Source: Halocafeteria seosinensis (lineage: Eukaryota). Taken from it: a DNA stretch of 64,000 nt. Where the stretch lies: contig LVLI01000325.1 of the NCBI GenBank assembly GCA_001687465.1, positions 1 to 64,000 on the forward strand, given 5' to 3'. The translations under genes and the position numbers were made by a program. The notes below the pieces were generated by a model. That model was given only the letters and a program-made list of their open reading frames with translations, had not been told where the DNA came from and made no database searches. Below are positions 62,101-64,000 of the stretch, in pieces (position 1 is the first letter of the stretch; every line of letters starts with the position of its first letter).

Positions 62101-64000
62101 AGGTTCTCATGTTTGCAAAATGCCAGCCCCTTCTCTCGGTCACCGAATGGTGAGACGGTTGCAGGAATGGCTGTTCGGTGAGCAAGATGGACACGATTTG
62201 GACATGATGGAGCGGGCCTTTTGCATTGTAGATACCCTCAATGTGAAGAGCTCGGTCCGGAAGGAGAAACCGATTGGTTTGGAGTTTTGGATGAATTTGG
62301 CTGACGTCCGCGACAATATGTGGGAGGAAATGAAGGAGGCATACGATCCTGCGAAGAGCGAAGAAGCGAAGAACGTGCTGGAGAGGTACCTTGCTAGAGT
62401 TTGTTACCTCCTCAGAGAGTTTCCCGGGGATGCCAGGCTATCGATGTTGGCAACGGCAGCTGACAGAGCTCTTCAGTGTCGATACGATACTACAGTGGGT
62501 TCACTACTAACGCTTTTGGAGTCGCTTCTTCAGAACTCTTACAAGTGGGAAAATTCCCAGTCAAAGAGATACACCCTCGGAAACGCGCTACAGAACTTGC
62601 AGAAGCTCATTACCAAGTGGAGAGAAAACGAACTAGCTTCGTGGGAGTATGTGCTTCTGCAGCAAGAAAAACTTCGCTGTGAGCGTGCCTCATCGTGGTG
62701 GGGCTATCTTCTGAAGAGTGTTTATGAGCACATGAACTCTTGCGATGATAACAGTACCCATGCCAACGCTGGTGCTTGGTGTGATCCGGAAGAAACCGAG
62801 ATTTCACGAGAAAACATGGCGAATAAACTGCTGAAGCTATATGACTTGGAGTCAATCTCTGCAGATGCTGCTCATGGATTGTTTCGTTTGGTAGAAAATT
62901 TTCTCCGGGGATCCCCAGTAGGGGAATACCCAACTAGGGTTATTATGATACGATTGGCAGTAGATACGGTGGGGCACCGAATCGACCAAAGCGCTGGTGT
63001 TGCTCACAGAATCCATGCATCTCTTCGCGGAATAGCCCGGTATTATTCACAATATCTTCCATACTTTAGAGAAGTTGTCGCTAAACGGCGTAAGGAGATA
63101 TCTGACAAACTGAAAGAAAGCCAAAAAATTCACCGCTGGGATGAGCAAACTTATTACAGCCTGAAGGAGTCGATAGATAAATCCAAGAAACTGCTACAGA
63201 AGTATGCCAGAGAATACCGAGGTTTACTTAACAGCCGAGTAAATGACTTGCTGCAGAGCGATCCGGACAGAATGGCTGCAATTGTTACGGAAGACGTCGA
63301 CAAGGAAGGGTATCAATTGTCCGAGGTATCGATGCCACCAGAGGTAGTCAAAGAGACTACTAGTTCAGTCTACGCTGACCGGTCGGGTATCTTATCCCCA
63401 GATGCACAGAAACTGAGAGAAGACGAAATCCAAGATTTGGACGAGAAATGCACCACTATAATTGAACGCATGGCATCACTAAGACAGGACGCTGATGCGT
63501 CCAAATCCTTAAAGAAACGTGCCCTCATAGAGTTGCTGCAATTTCTCAAAGGGACCTTTCAGTTTTCTGAATCCCCCATACAACGCTGTTGTCAATATCC
63601 AGAATTTTTGCTTGAGATCCCCCTGGTTGGTGAGCAGCAAAACGATCCTTCAGCGGACATGGACTCTCATGGCAGTCTCAGATTTGTATCGCAAAAGTGT
63701 GATGATTATTTTTATCGAACCGTAGATTCAGTGCAGCGGATGCGGCTTGCTTTCAGTTCTGGTGTTCATGAGGATGTTTCCGATATTCTGACGGACAGGA
63801 ACGTTCGTCGACTGGATCATCTACAACTCATGGTTAACGAAGAGCGTCTGCAAGCTTGTAAATTGCTCCGTCATCAGCAACTTATGAGACAGATGCTCGC
63901 ATCCCTTAAATATCTTAGACGCCCTAGCTCTCTCCGCGACTCACCACAGGCAACGTTTCTGAAAGAGTGCAGGGACTCTTCCCTTGAACTGATGAGTTGC
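50189..64000 (+). CDS. MDN1: Midasin/Rea1 AAA-ATPase (3' end outside window)
   Basis: Exons 50189-50653, 50731-50802, 50871-50982, 51051-51141 and 51205 to beyond 64000. Six Walker A motifs (GVSGSGKS, GKTGNGKT, GPTSSGKT, GETGCGKT, GDPGVGKT, GASCSGKT) with LDE.NLA-type Walker B. It is absent from the ORF track, consistent with having no stop inside the window. Confidence 0.97.

Noticed and set aside
51439..62933. Many short ORFs across the midasin region
   Set aside because: Antisense or off-frame shadows of the long midasin exon.
1..64000. Alternative genetic code or stop readthrough
   Set aside because: Conserved genes have no in-frame stops and end in TAA, TAG or TGA. Internal stops occur only in frameshifted relics.

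Overview
This is a gene-dense eukaryotic nuclear window from a flagellated protist. CFAP74, a tubulin deglutamylase-type cytosolic carboxypeptidase and a cytoplasmic dynein intermediate chain support this; the lineage cannot be fixed from sequence alone. It uses the standard code and short GT-AG introns (mostly about 60-90 nt) that cluster at gene 5' ends. About 22 genes can be reconstructed, including EMC2, dynein IC, a leishmanolysin/EGF type-I membrane protease, RPL26, a Zwint/Sos7-like protein, an HMG-box protein, CFAP74, an MRH/ATG27-like receptor, CCP, ALG3, a UBAP2L-like protein, UMP1, RPS21, an RPRD1/Rtt103-like protein, a SpoU methylase and midasin. Midasin runs off the window end and is missing from the ORF track. 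Several spacers hold decayed genes (TPR, HIT/FHIT, possible GST, proteasome-beta/HslV-type Ntn hydrolase). The most interesting signal is an unidentified ~300-nt structured, strand-specific RNA element upstream of RPL26, probably inside a leader intron. It shares a sequence and structure module with the oversized intron 2 of RPS21, suggesting an RNA element family linked to ribosomal-protein genes. All folds and family calls were made by eye; no searches were run.
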